Origin: Heteronotia binoei
Taxonomy: Eukaryota
Length of the DNA: 64,000 nt
Direction of reading: 5' to 3'
Assembly (NCBI RefSeq): GCF_032191835.1
Contig: NC_083237.1
Coordinates: 18,290,001-18,354,000, forward strand
Below the pieces are notes generated by a model. It saw only the letters and a program-made list of their open reading frames with translations, did no database searches and was not told the origin of the DNA. Every line of letters starts with the position of its first letter. Positions within the stretch are counted from its first letter, which is position 1. The position numbers were made by a program, and so were the translations under genes. Positions 10,214 to 21,343 of the stretch are shown piece by piece.

Positions 10214-10403
10214 TCATCATGGTAATAGTGAATGGGCATCTTTTAAACTCTTGAGAGAGATCCAGTGTCCAAGGTGGTCTTATTAAGAATCGTTATACAA
10301 AGCTTGACTGGAGTCCAGTAGCTACAACAATTCTTGAGTCATAAGCTTTCAGGAATCAAAAAATGTTTAAAGGTTCAGGAGGGGCACCCGTGTGTTTCTC
10401 CGT

Positions 10404-10679
10404 TGTTATGTCTTGAAACGTAAGCTAATGTACCGCATGGCGATCGCTACAGAGGCAACCAGGGGAAACCCACTGGTCCCTGGATGTAGCTCGCTAGATG
10501 CTTCGCCCATCAAGATCTGTGGCGGGAAGTTTGACTGGCCAGGATTGGACTGGTTAGACTGGGGGGCAGTTCTGGGGAATGTATATAAGCGGGACCCGGC
10601 CTGCGTGTTCTCTCTCTTGTAATGTACCACCGAATAAAGCATGTTGCCTTCAACCCATCTTGTCACTCAGTACATTACA
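10404..10679 (+). repeat. 5' LTR of Mag-type element copy 1
   Basis: TGTTATG...CATTACA with TATATAA and AATAAA. About 15 differences from the 3' LTR by manual count, mostly CpG transitions. Confidence 0.95.
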
Positions 10680-10798
10680 GTGGCGATGAAGGTGGGATAC
10701 TAACCAGGTAACTCCCGAAGAGGGACTTCGCAGACCTGGCTGAAGACGAAGAAGGCACACCGTCTAAGGAGACGGAAGCACCCGCCGCCGCAGCATCC

Positions 10799-11476
10799 AT
10801 GGCTAACCCGGGTGAAACGACGGGTCATCTCAAAGAGTTCAACCCCGCTAAACCAAAGAGGTGGGAGACCTACACGGAGCAGGTCGATTGCTACCTTCGA
10901 GCAAACATGATAACGGACGACAGCCATAAAAGAGACATGCTCCTGAGTGTCTGCGGAGGGGCCACATTCGAGATTGCCAAGGGTCTCTTGGCCCCCGCGA
11001 CGATCACAGAGAAGACATACGAGGAGATAGTCCGACTCCTTACTGGGCACTTCTTGCCCCAACCCTCAATCATCGCCCGCCGATTTCTCTTCCACAAGAG
11101 GGACCAAGAGGCGGTAGAGATGGCAGCCGAATACCTGGCCGCTCTCCACCAAATTGCGGGAAACTGTAGCTTCAACATGCTAGAGGAGGCCCTGAGGGAC
11201 CGCTTCGCCTGGGGCCTGAGGGACAAAAGACTACAACAAAAGCTCTTCGCAAAGGAAGAGCTCACCCTCAAGGGCGCCTTCAACGAGGCCGCCGTGTTCA
11301 AGAGAGCCACTAAAGCTTTCCACAACCCGCAGGCAGAAGCTGTCCACCAGGAGGAGGAGAAGACACACCAGCTACGCCGCCAACCAGGGATGGGGCCGAG
11401 AGCGAACCAGCGGCCACGTGAGACCAATACGGCTGAAGGCCAGGCGGGTCCCGTTCACTCTGAAGCCCAAAATTGA
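10799..11476 (+). CDS. gag: Gag (Mag-type), C-terminus deleted
   Basis: FNPAKPKRWETYTEQVDCYL..LLSVCGG..HFLPQPSIIARRFLFHKRDQ..EALRDRFAWGL. No zinc knuckle follows. Confidence 0.8.
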   Translation: MANPGETTGHLKEFNPAKPKRWETYTEQVDCYLRANMITDDSHKRDMLLSVCGGATFEIAKGLLAPATITEKTYEEIVRLLTGHFLPQPSIIARRFLFHKRDQEAVEMAAEYLAALHQIAGNCSFNMLEEALRDRFAWGLRDKRLQQKLFAKEELTLKGAFNEAAVFKRATKAFHNPQAEAVHQEEEKTHQLRRQPGMGPRANQRPRETNTAEGQAGPVHSEAQN

Positions 11477-14400
11477 AGCAGAGCTGGACCGTCTCACAGC
11501 CCAGGGAGTGCTGGAACCGGTTTCCTATGCCACATGGGAAACCCCGATAGTTACCCCAGTGAAGCCAAATGGGGACGTGCGCATATGCGCCGATTACAAG
11601 TTCACCATAAACAAGGCACTACAAGACAACCCATACCCCGTTCCAGTAGTTAGCCACGTTTTGGCAGCACTAGCGGGGTCTAAAATTTTTGGGAAGCTGG
11701 ACTTGGCCCAGGCGTACCAGCAGCTCCCAGTGGATGCCGAGACGGCGGAAGCCTAGACCATAGTGACCCACAGGGGAGCATTTAGGGTGCAGCGGTTGCA
11801 ATTTGGGGAGAGTGTGGCTCCGGGGGTCTTTCAGAGCCTGATAGATTCTCTCCTCGAAGGGATCCCCGGGGTGCAACCGTTTTTCAACAACATTTTGATC
11901 GCCACACCAGACGCGGAGGAGTTCAGCAATTGTCTGCAAGAGGTACTCCGCAGATTCCAGGCGGCTGGACTGAAAGTCAAGCGGAAAAGTGTTCCCTCGG
12001 GGTGCTGAGGGTGAAGTTCATGGGGTGTGCGGTGGACGCTGCAGGGATCCACCCGACGGCCGACAAGACCAAGGCCATAGTGGATGCCCCGGCCCCCATG
12101 TGCAAGGCGAAGCTACAAAGTTTCTGTTAGACATTGTACCTGCTCTAACTCACTTTTAGCCTATTGACCTGACTAACACCATCTTGTTTGCTATTACTAA
12201 CCATGAGCCTGCAACTGTGCATTTCAAACGGGGAAGGAAGGTTGTAAATCCCATGGGAGGAATTTCTCACTTGGCATCCATAGGCTCTCCCAGCCTTTGA
12301 AGATGGCAAGCTTCAAGGTAACCAGCGGGGAGCCTTCCTGGGAATGAGATAAGGGAATGTGGGAACAGACAACTGTCTCTCAGGGTGTGAGAACGAATTC
12401 TTTGTTATGTTATCCTCTTCTACAAAAGTCCAAGAGTAACCTTGGAATGTATCAAACTCAATCTGCTTGTATCCCAGACCACTAGTTCTTGAATAAACGA
12501 ATTAATTTTGCAGCAGAATGATTCGGACTCATTTCAACGTTCAATGTCTGACAGTTTCTTGGGGTTATTAAATTTTTTTCATTCATTTTTGCCCCACAAG
12601 GCGGCCATAGCAGAACCCCTCCATAGGCTCCTAGACAAAAATGCCCCATGGGTCTGGGGGAAAAAGCAGGCAGCCGCTTTTCAGGTGGTCAAGGGGCTCC
12701 TCGTATCCAATAACGTGCTCCAGCATTTTGATGAAGCCCTGCCGGTGATCTTAGCGTGTGATGCATCACCGTATGGGGTGAGCGCTGTCCTGGGTCACCA
12801 ATTCCCGGACGGGAGGGAGTCCCGGTAGCCTATTACTCCAGGACCCTGACCCCCACAGAGCGCAACTATGCCCAGATTGATAAGGAGGCCTTAGCAATCA
12901 TGGCAGGGGTGCATAAATTTAACGACTACCTATACGGTAGACATTTTACGATCGCCATGGACCACAAGCCGCTCCTGAGACTCCTCGCCCCAGACCGCCA
13001 GATGCCACAGATTCTGTCGCAGCATGTCCTGCAGTGGAATCAGTTCCTAAACTCTTATTCGTATGCCCTGGTCCACCGCACGGGCAAGGCGATGGGACAC
13101 GCGGACACCCTCAGTCGCCTGCCATTGCCCTCCATGGACCCGGACGCGGCCCCAGCCACCATGTAATGCTCATTGAAACACTACCGGAGAGACCCCTCCA
13201 TGCTGCCGAGGTAGCAAATGCCACGGGGCGGGACAAAATACGCAGGTTCTCGACTGGGTGGGAAGGGGATGGCCCAAGGGAAAACAGGCCAAAGAATTCA
13301 GGGCATTCACAACACGCATGGAAGAACTGTCCACTCACAAGGGGTGTCTTCTCTGGGGAAGCAGGGTGGTGGTCCCCCCCCCCCATTGCGGAAACAAGTG
13401 CTGGAGGCCCTACATGAAACTCATCCAGGGATTGTACAGATGAAGGCCCTAGCACACAGCTATGTATGGTGGCCAGGGATGGATGAAAAGATCGAGGGGT
13501 GCGTTCGAAGGTGCCAGGCTTGCCAGGAGTCCCAGTGCCCCTGTCCACCACTGGGAAGCCCATAGGAGGCCATGGTCTAGGTTACGCATTGACTTAGCGG
13601 GGCCATTTCAGGGCCAAACATTCTTCATTCTGGTGGACGCTTACACCAAGTGGTTGGAAGTTATCCCTGTAGCTTCAACCTCAATGGCGGTGGCGGTCTG
13701 GGCGTTGCACAGGGTCCTTTGCACGCACGGGATTCCCGACACCATCGTCTCGGATAATGGGACCGCGTTTACCTCCCGGGAATTCCAGGAATTCTTGCAG
13801 AAATATCTAATACAACACATACGGTCCGCCCTCTTCCATCCGGCCACCAACGGCCAAGTGGAGCGGATGGTGTGCACCACAAAAGAGGCCCTGGGACGCA
13901 TACTGCAGAGGGACTGGGGCCACCGCCTGGCCACCTTCTTATTTGATAATAGAATCACCCCCAACCCAGTCACTGGGGTGAGCCCAGCTGAGTTGTTAAT
14001 GGGGAGGAAGCTGATCACAAATTTAGACCGGTTGCACCCCGACCGGGCCACCGACCTCCACAGTTCCCCCGAGATCAGGGAGGTGGCGAGGGGGTTCTTC
14101 CCTGGGGATCCGGTGTATGCAAGGAACTACACAAGTGGCCCCAAGTGGGTAGCGGGCCAGGTGCTACGAGTGACCGGGTCCCGCCACTACGACGTCTCAG
14201 TGGAGGGGGGCCACATCCTGCGGAGGCATATAGATCAGATGCGCCGCCGCACCTTGCCGGAAGAGCCGGCTGTAGTAAGGAACGGGGATGAACCAACAGC
14301 CGCAACCACACCGAGAGATACCCCGCCCATGCCAACCGCTCCAACCATACGGGCGGAAGAGCAGCACCATGGCGGGGGCAACCCCACAGGAGTAGGGGCA

Positions 14401-14589
14401 CCAGAAGGGCAACAGGTGGTGGACAGCCCTATGCCGGCGTTATCCCCACGCGGGGAAACTGCCGCCCCATCTGCCGCAGCAGCCGCGGCCCCGTCAGCCC
14501 TGGTGGCTGCTCCTACTCCACAAGTAACTCCAAGGAGGTCGACCAGGGAAGGCAAGGCCCCAGCATACTTGCAATACTGTATGTCCTGA
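11418..14589 (+). pseudogene. pol: Frameshifted pol (RT-RNase H-integrase)
   Basis: RICADYK, KLDLAQAYQQL, ACDASPYGV, HETHPG..C..C, RIDLAGPF, IVSDNGTAF and HPATNGQVER, spread over several frames with stops. Confidence 0.9.
12125..12553 (+). mobile_element. Solo LTR of an unrelated family inserted in Mag RT
   Basis: TGTTAGACATTG...CAATGTCTGACA (11/12 inverted termini), 5-bp TSD GTTTC and AATAAA near 12492. It splits LQSF|LGLLNF. Confidence 0.85.
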
Positions 14590-14605
14590 ACTAGGGGGAG
14601 AGGAG

Positions 14606-14881
14606 TGTTATGTCTTGAAACCTAAGCTAATGTACCGCGTGGCGATTGCTACAGAGGCGACCAGGGGAAACCCACTGGTCCCCGGATGTAGCTCGCTAGA
14701 CGTTCCGCCCATCAAGATCTGTGGCAGGAAGTTTGACTGGCCAGGATTGGACTGGTTAGACTGGGGGGCAGTTCCAGGGAATGTATATAAGCAGGACCCG
14801 GCCCGCGTGTTCTCTCTCTTGTAATGTACCACCGAATAAAGCATGTTGCCTTCAACCCGTCTCGTCACTCAGTACATTACA
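14606..14881 (+). repeat. 3' LTR of Mag-type element copy 1
   Basis: Direct repeat of 10404-10679, followed by TSD TCCGT. Confidence 0.95.
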
Positions 14882-15158
14882 TCCGTCATTCACCGCAGCA
14901 TCTCTTTTTCCAGAAAAAAAGCCCTGCATATGTCTTAGGTTGAGTTAGACTACTGGATTTTTAGGGTGTTCTGTTCAGAACTTTTAATGATTCTATGCTC
15001 TTTGTTGCTTTATTATGTTTTAGGTTGTAAACCTGCTTGCACAGGTTCTCTGCACAAGTGGTGCAGACATGTTCTGAATCAATAAACAAATAGATTCATC
15101 CAAGGAGAAGTTGCTCACTGATTTTGCATGGCTACTTCCTGTCTGAGAATAGGAAGTA

Positions 15159-16120
15159 GGCATACATTGTCCCAGTCATACTGATCTCCCAGATGTCTTA
15201 CTGTGGTCCTAACATCTGTTGTCCATCCCTGGACCAAAGGAGGCTAGGTTGCAGCAGACGGGAACTAGGGCCTTCTCAGGGGCAGCGCAATAATTGTGGA
15301 ATGCTCTCCCAGAGGCCATATAAGCGCCCTGCGGGACCTTTCTATGTTCCACAGGGTCTGTAAGACTGAACTGTTTCGACAGGCCTTTGAGAACTAACCG
15401 GGAGAGAGCTGCCACTCTACATCATAATAGAGTACCATGATCACCATTTACATTTATATTATATTATACTGATACAGCAGCATGAAATGAAACGGAATGT
15501 TTTTAAATATTTAAATGTTTTAAATAATTTTAAATTGTAGCTTTTTATTGGGTAAATTGTAAAAATGGATGTTGTTAGCCGCTCTGAGTCCGCTTGCGGA
15601 GAGGGCAGGATAGAAATTAAAAGTAATAAATAAGTAATAATAAATAATAATTGATCATTTTTTGTGTGATCCTGGGCCAATTCTGCCTTTGGCTTGCCTC
15701 CCACTTCCAAAGGGTCCCCTCATTAATCAGATCGTCATGGATATTGTGGTTATCTTAGGCAACATTTTGTTTTCTGTGCTGTCCTACGGTTCTGTGATTG
15801 TCACCTTGGTTAAAAACTCAAGCAAAGGCAATCGGGCAAAGTCCTTTTCCACCATCTCATTCCACTTGTTGGTGTTCACACTTTTCTATGGCCCATTAGC
15901 AGGGATGTATGCACAGCCAGAGGGAAAAACTGATTCGAATATCACTAAGACTGTAACACTCCTCTATGCTGCCTTAACACCCTTTCTCAACCCCATGATT
16001 TACTGTCTGAGGAATGATCAGGCGAAAGAGGCACTATTCTGATTATGGAGGAGAAAGGCGGTCTTTTTGAAAAGTAAAATTGACAGTGTAAAAAAGAGGA
16101 AAGGGACAGGAAAAATATAA
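15159..16120 (+). pseudogene. 5'-truncated B-type OR fragment 1
   Basis: Starts at TM4 (AYIVPV). Interrupted by a 435-bp insert at 15216-15649 and carries a CGA>TGA stop near 16040. No TM1-3 is present upstream. Confidence 0.9.
15216..15649. mobile_element. L2 3' fragment (minus) plus L2/SINE-type tail (plus), inside the OR fragment
   Basis: 15216-15420 resembles the L2 3' end at 27600-27800. 15593-15649 is GCCGCTCTGAGTCCGCTTGCGGAGAGGGCAGGATAGAAATT..(TAA)n. Paralog at ~38950-39400. Confidence 0.7.
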
Positions 16121-16209
16121 CAAAACATTCATGATTAGTGTATGAGAAAAAGCTGATCTGTACAATGGTGGATAACAAAGGGACTTAAACGGCACTATTA
16201 TCTGAGCTC

Positions 16210-16350
16210 AGGAGATAGTCGGGGGATAGATGGTAGGTTTTGTGTCCCTGAATGCAGTGCTCTCTGGGGAACATGCAGAGAAAGACAGTCCTATAGATAG
16301 GCAGGCCCTTGACCATAGAAGGCTTTAAAGGTCAATACCATCACCTTGAG
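16210..16350 (-). mobile_element. Old L2 fragment
   Basis: GGCCCTTGACCATAGAAGGCTTTAAAGGTCAATACC resembles L2 27860-27900. Longer paralogs at ~48780-49030 and ~60330-60780. Confidence 0.6.
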
Positions 16351-17017
16351 GTAGAGGCACCAAAATTGCAGCATAGCATCTGGTGCCTCTCCCCAAAATA
16401 ACCTCCAAGGGGTCCAATTCTATGAGCCCCAAAACAAGGTGCTCCTATCCTTCATTATTTCCGAAAGAGGAAGGCATTTAAAAGGTTTGTGGTCTCTTTA
16501 AATGTGATGGCCAGAACTGACGGATAGTGAGTGGTAGCAGAGAGCCGTCCAAATAGGCTGATAAGAATGATTATGCCGACAAGAAGAGTCTTCACACCAG
16601 TTCTTCTAGAACTATCAGTCTATTTACAAATATTTACAGATAAGTGCAGTATAATTACAATCCAGACCTCCAAAGTGCTACACAAGACAATCATCAATAC
16701 AGAGAGAAAAATACCTTGGTACTTAGCACTTTTTATAGCTCAGCCCACCAATCAGCAGATATGCTGACTCACTGTGACTACAGGCATTGCCAAGCATTGC
16801 ATCTGCCTGTCCTGTGATCACAGTCACATGACCTCATCATTCTGACAGTAGATGATCTAGGATGCAGTAACTTTTAAGCTACTCAGTTACTGACAAGAAC
16901 TCCTTTTTGGAGTTCAATTGTGCTTGTCACAACCTTGTTCCTGGCTCCACCCCCACAGTCTCCTGGCTCCACCGCTAAAGTCCCCAGATATTTCTTGAAT
17001 TGGACTTGGCAACCCTA
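16350..17017. mobile_element. hAT-type element (partial) containing a solo LTR
   Basis: Same family as 58047-58542, ending TTGGCAACCCTA. Confidence 0.75.
16518..16895 (-). mobile_element. Solo LTR (378 bp)
   Basis: TG...CA with 5-bp TSD AGAAC. Minus strand has ATTGG then TATAAAAAG. Absent from the paralogous hAT copies. Confidence 0.75.
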
Positions 17018-17379
17018 AGGCAGATGGAGCAGCCTGAGTTGGTAGAGCCCTGTCCCATTTGCCCTACTGGACCAACCTCCATGGATTGTCTGCCAATTTG
17101 AGTGGATGACTGCGAAGCCTAATATAGCAGTACGAATGGGAGAAGAAGATATTCATGCTGTGTGTAATGGTATCTCCTCATACACACCTTTTTTTCCTGG
17201 ACTCAGAACTTCCAACTGCTGTAGCCCTTCCTCACAACCTTATCAACTCTATTGATTGATCTAGTTGCTTAAATTAGTCCAAAGAGAAACCTCAGGGGAA
17301 TGATTGTGTGAAGAAATTTTTCCTCATGGCAGAAATAAGCAACCTATTTCTGAATTGAAAATATACTGATATTGTTCTA

Positions 17380-17616
17380 GAGGGACACAATCTCAAGGGC
17401 CCCCAAAGTTTTATTAGAAGCGTTCAGATGTCAATGCTTATTCATGCCTCCTCTTTCTTTCTAGCAAGACTGTCGCATGGAGCACCAACATCACAGCTGG
17501 GCTTCTTGGTAAAAAAGTACAGGATGTTGCAATAGTCACACACACCAGTTGTGGCAGAAGTTTTTGATGACTTTTCTCCTAGATGGAGCAGTACTTTCAA
17601 AGCTCTTGAGGTACAG
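17380..17616 (+). promoter_or_regulatory. Candidate promoter / 5' exon for OR B1
   Basis: TCTCAAGGG at 17391 and GAG|GTACAG at 17611, 746 bp before the ATG. Homologous to 540-793. Confidence 0.4.
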
Positions 17617-18356
17617 TAATGGAATAACAAAGGCAACTGAAGTGGGACCTTGAATGGATGTAAAAAGTGATTGTGCTTCTTGAATGAAATTACAAAGATT
17701 TATGATAAGATTCTGGCTAGAAAAGAGAGATTCTGACTAATGAAACTGAGGGATCATGAGTTATTTCAGGGTTCTCAGCTGCATCCATAACTTAATTTTA
17801 AGGCATTATGAGCACCATAACTATTACAAACATTGGATTGCTGTTGGCTATGGATTTTGTAATTTGACTGATTATTTCATTGTATGGTATTGTTTTAAGT
17901 CTTATATCTCAATGTTCTTTTATTGGTTGTTAGACACCCTGAGCCTGTTAAAGAGAGGGCAGGATATAAATTTAATACAAGAAATAAAGAAATAAAAGTG
18001 CTTCTCTCCATTTGATCCTTTCAAAAATATGCAACCTCCAATGGAGGATTCTCAGGCTTGCCAGAACTTATTTTGTCAATTCTTGGGCAGATTACACAAA
18101 AAGTAAATAACCACTGACTGACTTCTGGGGTTTGGCGATAAGATCTTGTCCACATCTCCTAGCGGAAACATCACTCCTGCCTTATGCGGAAGATCACTCA
18201 AAGTTCATGTTTTGTTATTACCAGAGTGGTGGAGGTGCATCCCCTCTCTCCCTAACTGGATACCATGTCTCTTTATCATTTCTCTTTCTATGGAAACAAA
18301 TCACCAGATAACAACAGGATATCGTATGCAATGATGATTCTATTCTCTAATTCCAG

Positions 18357-19343
18357 ATGGAGTTCACCAACGGGACAGTTCAGGAATTCATTTTGCTGGG
18401 CTTTGAAGTTGGGCAGTTTCAACGACTCCTGCTCCTCACCTTTTTCACTCTTCTTTACATGCTCACCATAGCTGAGAACATCACCATCATCATGTTGGTG
18501 CATCTTGACACCCACTTGTCCCGGCTTCCCATGTATGTCCTGCTGAGCAACTTCTCCAGGCTGGAGATCTGCTATGTGAGCACCACTGTGCCCCGCATGC
18601 TCTTAGACCTGGCATTGTCCAACAAGATGGTCTCCTTCAGTTCCTGCTTCCTCCAGTTCTACATCTTCTGCTCTTGTGGCAGTACTGAATGCTTCTTCCT
18701 CTCTTCTATGGCCTTAGATCGGTACTTGGCCATCTGCCACCCACTGTGATATCCACAGATCATGTCCCCAAATTTTTGCTACATCTTAGTAACTGTTTGT
18801 TGGGTCCTTGGCTTCCTGGCATACATTGTCCCAGTCACACTGATCTCCCAGATGTCTTACTGTGGTCCTAACATCATTGACCATTTTTTGTGTGATCCTG
18901 GCCCAATTCTGGCTTTGGCTTGCCCCCCACTTCCAAAGGCTCCCTTCATTAGTCAGATTGTCATGGATATTGTGGTGGTCTTAAGCAACATTGTGTTTTC
19001 TGTGCTGTCCTACTGTTCTGTGATTGTCACCTTGATTAAAAACTCTAGCAAAGGCAATCGAGCAAAGTCCTTCTCCATCATATCATTCCAGTTGGTGGTC
19101 ACACTTTTCTATGGCCCATTAGCAGGGATGTATGTACAGCCAGAGGGAAAAACTGATTCAAATATCACTAAGACTGTAACACTCTTCTATACTGCCTTAA
19201 CACCCTTTCTTATCCCCCTGATTTACTGTCTGAGGAATGATCAGGTGAAAGAGGCACTGTTCCGATTATGGAGGAGAAAGGCGGTCTTTTTGAAAAGTAA
19301 AATTGACAGTGTAAAAAAGAGGAAAGGGACAGGAAATATTTAA
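18357..19343 (+). pseudogene. Olfactory receptor B1 pseudogene
   Basis: Premature TGA at 18747-18749 (CGA>TGA in HPLRY). Also W>R in TM2, a 3-bp deletion in TM6 (FHLL>FQL) and N>I in NPxIY. Confidence 0.92.
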
Positions 19344-19499
19344 CAAAACATTCAAGATTAGTGTATGAGGAAAAGCTGATCTGTACAATGGTGGACAACA
19401 GAGGTACTTAAACGGCACTATTATCCGAGTTCTTCACATGTGCTCTCCTGCCTTCTTTGGTTTTACATACTCCAAGTCCTATTGTCCCTTTATAGATTT

Positions 19500-19660
19500 T
19501 CTGACTATCCCAGAAAAGCCTTCTTTTTAGCCAGATTTAATGTGCTCCCTCCTGCTGTTCTTAGTGGGCACTACATGAGAAAGCCCTATTCCAAGAGATT
19601 ATGTGGTTGTGGATCTGGCTCTGTTGCAACTGTAAAACGTGTCTTTTTGTTTGCCAAGGT
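19500..19660 (+). mobile_element. Short RTE-X-like LINE C-terminal relic
   Basis: FFLARFNVLPPAVLSGHY..KRLCGCGSG resembles the 2079-2537 fragment. Paralogs near 40040 and 51820. Confidence 0.5.
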
Positions 19661-20391
19661 ACAACTACTTAAGAAAACAATTTATCGACTTACTGATTTC
19701 CAATATTGATCTGCCTGTGGCAAATAAGCTCCAACTTTTGCTTGGTGGCTTTGATCTAACCATCCCAGTTTCAGTTGTATAATTTCTTCTGAGAGTGTTT
19801 AGATTTAAGAGACAAGAGGAGGATTTTAAGAAAATGGGAAAGGATGTTTTATGTTGTGCACTTTGCTGATTCTAAACATTATTTTGGAAAATCTGTAAAA
19901 TCTATATTGATGAATTTTCTATTTCATTGCCATTTGCTTATGACCAAATGGTCTGTGAGCAAAATATATATATATGATATGAAAAGAAACAGAGGTACTG
20001 TTCTCTGTTCAATGTTTCCAACCCCTTTGTGCACTGGAAGACAACAACACACATTTCCACTAGAATACTATGTACGGTAGGTGCTTTTGAAGCATATATT
20101 CTGTAATAAATACAGTAAAATGAATTCTCCATTATTTTGTCAGCTCTCAAAACTGTATAATTCTTATGCATTCCAGCAAGTGCAATAAAAATAATCGTAT
20201 GCAAAAATCACTATTGTTTCTCTATGTGATCTAACTGTAGGTAATGCTGATTTATATTTGTAGACATGTTATAGAGATGGTTTTAGTGTCATTGACTCAA
20301 TACAGAATGGTTATATTTTGAAAATCAAATATTTGAAATGTGAACTCTCCCATTCTACCAAAAAATTCTCCCCAAAATCAAATAACTACTT

Positions 20392-20483
20392 GAGAGCCAG
20401 TTTGGTGTAGTGGTTAAGTGGCAGACTCTTATCTGGGAGAACTGGATTTCATTCCCCACTCCTTCATTTGCAGCTACTGGAAT
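20392..20483 (+). mobile_element. tRNA-derived SINE head, truncated (Squam3-like)
   Basis: GAGAGCCAGTTTGGTGTAGTGGTTAAG. Full paralogs at 40918 and 52693. Here it is fused directly to a hAT fragment. Confidence 0.7.
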
Positions 20484-20750
20484 TGCAGCATAGCATCTGG
20501 TGCCTCTCCCCAAAATAACCTCCAAGGGGTCCAATTCTATGAGCCCCAAAAGAAGGTGCTCCTATCCTTCATTATTTCCAATAGAGGAAGACATTTAAAA
20601 GGTTTCTGGTCTCTTTAAATGTGATGGCCAGAACTCCCTTTGGAATTCAATTATGCTTGTCATAACCTTGCTCCTGGCTCCACACCCACGGTCTCCTGGC
20701 TCCACCACTAAAGTCCCCAGATATTTCTTGAATTGGACTTGGCAACCCTA
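20481..20750. mobile_element. hAT-type element (partial)
   Basis: Paralog of 1-220, ending TTGGCAACCCTA. Confidence 0.75.
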
Positions 20751-21089
20751 AGACAAATGGAGCAGCCTGAGTTGGTAGAGCCCTGTCCCGTTTGCCCTAC
20801 TGGACCAGCCTCCATGGATTGTCTGCCAATTTGACTGGAGATTGTTTCTCCTGCTATGACTAACATAGCAGGAGGAATGGGAGAAGAAGATATTCATGCT
20901 GTGTGTAATGGTATCTCCTCATATACACCTTAGCTGTGTCTTTTTTTCTATACTAAAAGGTTAAAGCTACTTTAGCCCTTCCTTAACAACCTACCGTAAT
21001 CAAGTCAACTAGTACATCTGGTTGCTTAAAATAGTCCAAAGAGAAATCTCAATCAGACTTCAGACGTTTCTGTTTCTGAAGTGAAGACT

Positions 21090-21343
21090 TATTAATGTTC
21101 TTGGGGGACACAGTCTCAAGGGCACCCAAAGATTTATGAGAAGAATTAAGTCTTCAGTGCTCATTCATATTGCCTTTTTCTTTCCAGAAAACCTTTTGCA
21201 TGGAGGACCAACATCACAGCTGTGCTGCTCGGTAAAAGTACAGTAAAGTACAATAGATTTCTCCTCCAACCCGATGCTGATAGAATATTTTTGATGATTT
21301 TTCTACTGGATGGAACAGTGCTTTCAAAGCTCTTGAGGTACAG
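21090..21343 (+). promoter_or_regulatory. Candidate promoter / 5' exon for OR A2
   Basis: TCTCAAGGG at 21114 and GAG|GTACAG at 21338. Confidence 0.4.

Larger units (their letters stand above)
10404..14881 (+). mobile_element. Ty3/Gypsy LTR retrotransposon, Mag-type, defective (copy 1)
   Basis: Two 276-bp TG..CA LTRs, 5-bp TSD TCCGT, PBS-like TGGCGATGAAGGTGGGAT at 10681 and PPT AGGGGGAGAGGAG at 14593-14605. Gag, RT, RNase H and integrase remnants are present. Confidence 0.95.

Noticed and set aside
10891-14555. Long antisense or alternate-frame ORFs over GC-rich retroelements
   Set aside because: These are shadow frames expected from GC-rich coding sequence, with no independent motifs.
18357-19343. 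B1 as a stop-readthrough functional receptor
   Set aside because: Additional lesions at conserved residues (W>R, 3-bp deletion removing the TM6 His, N>I in NPxIY) indicate real decay.
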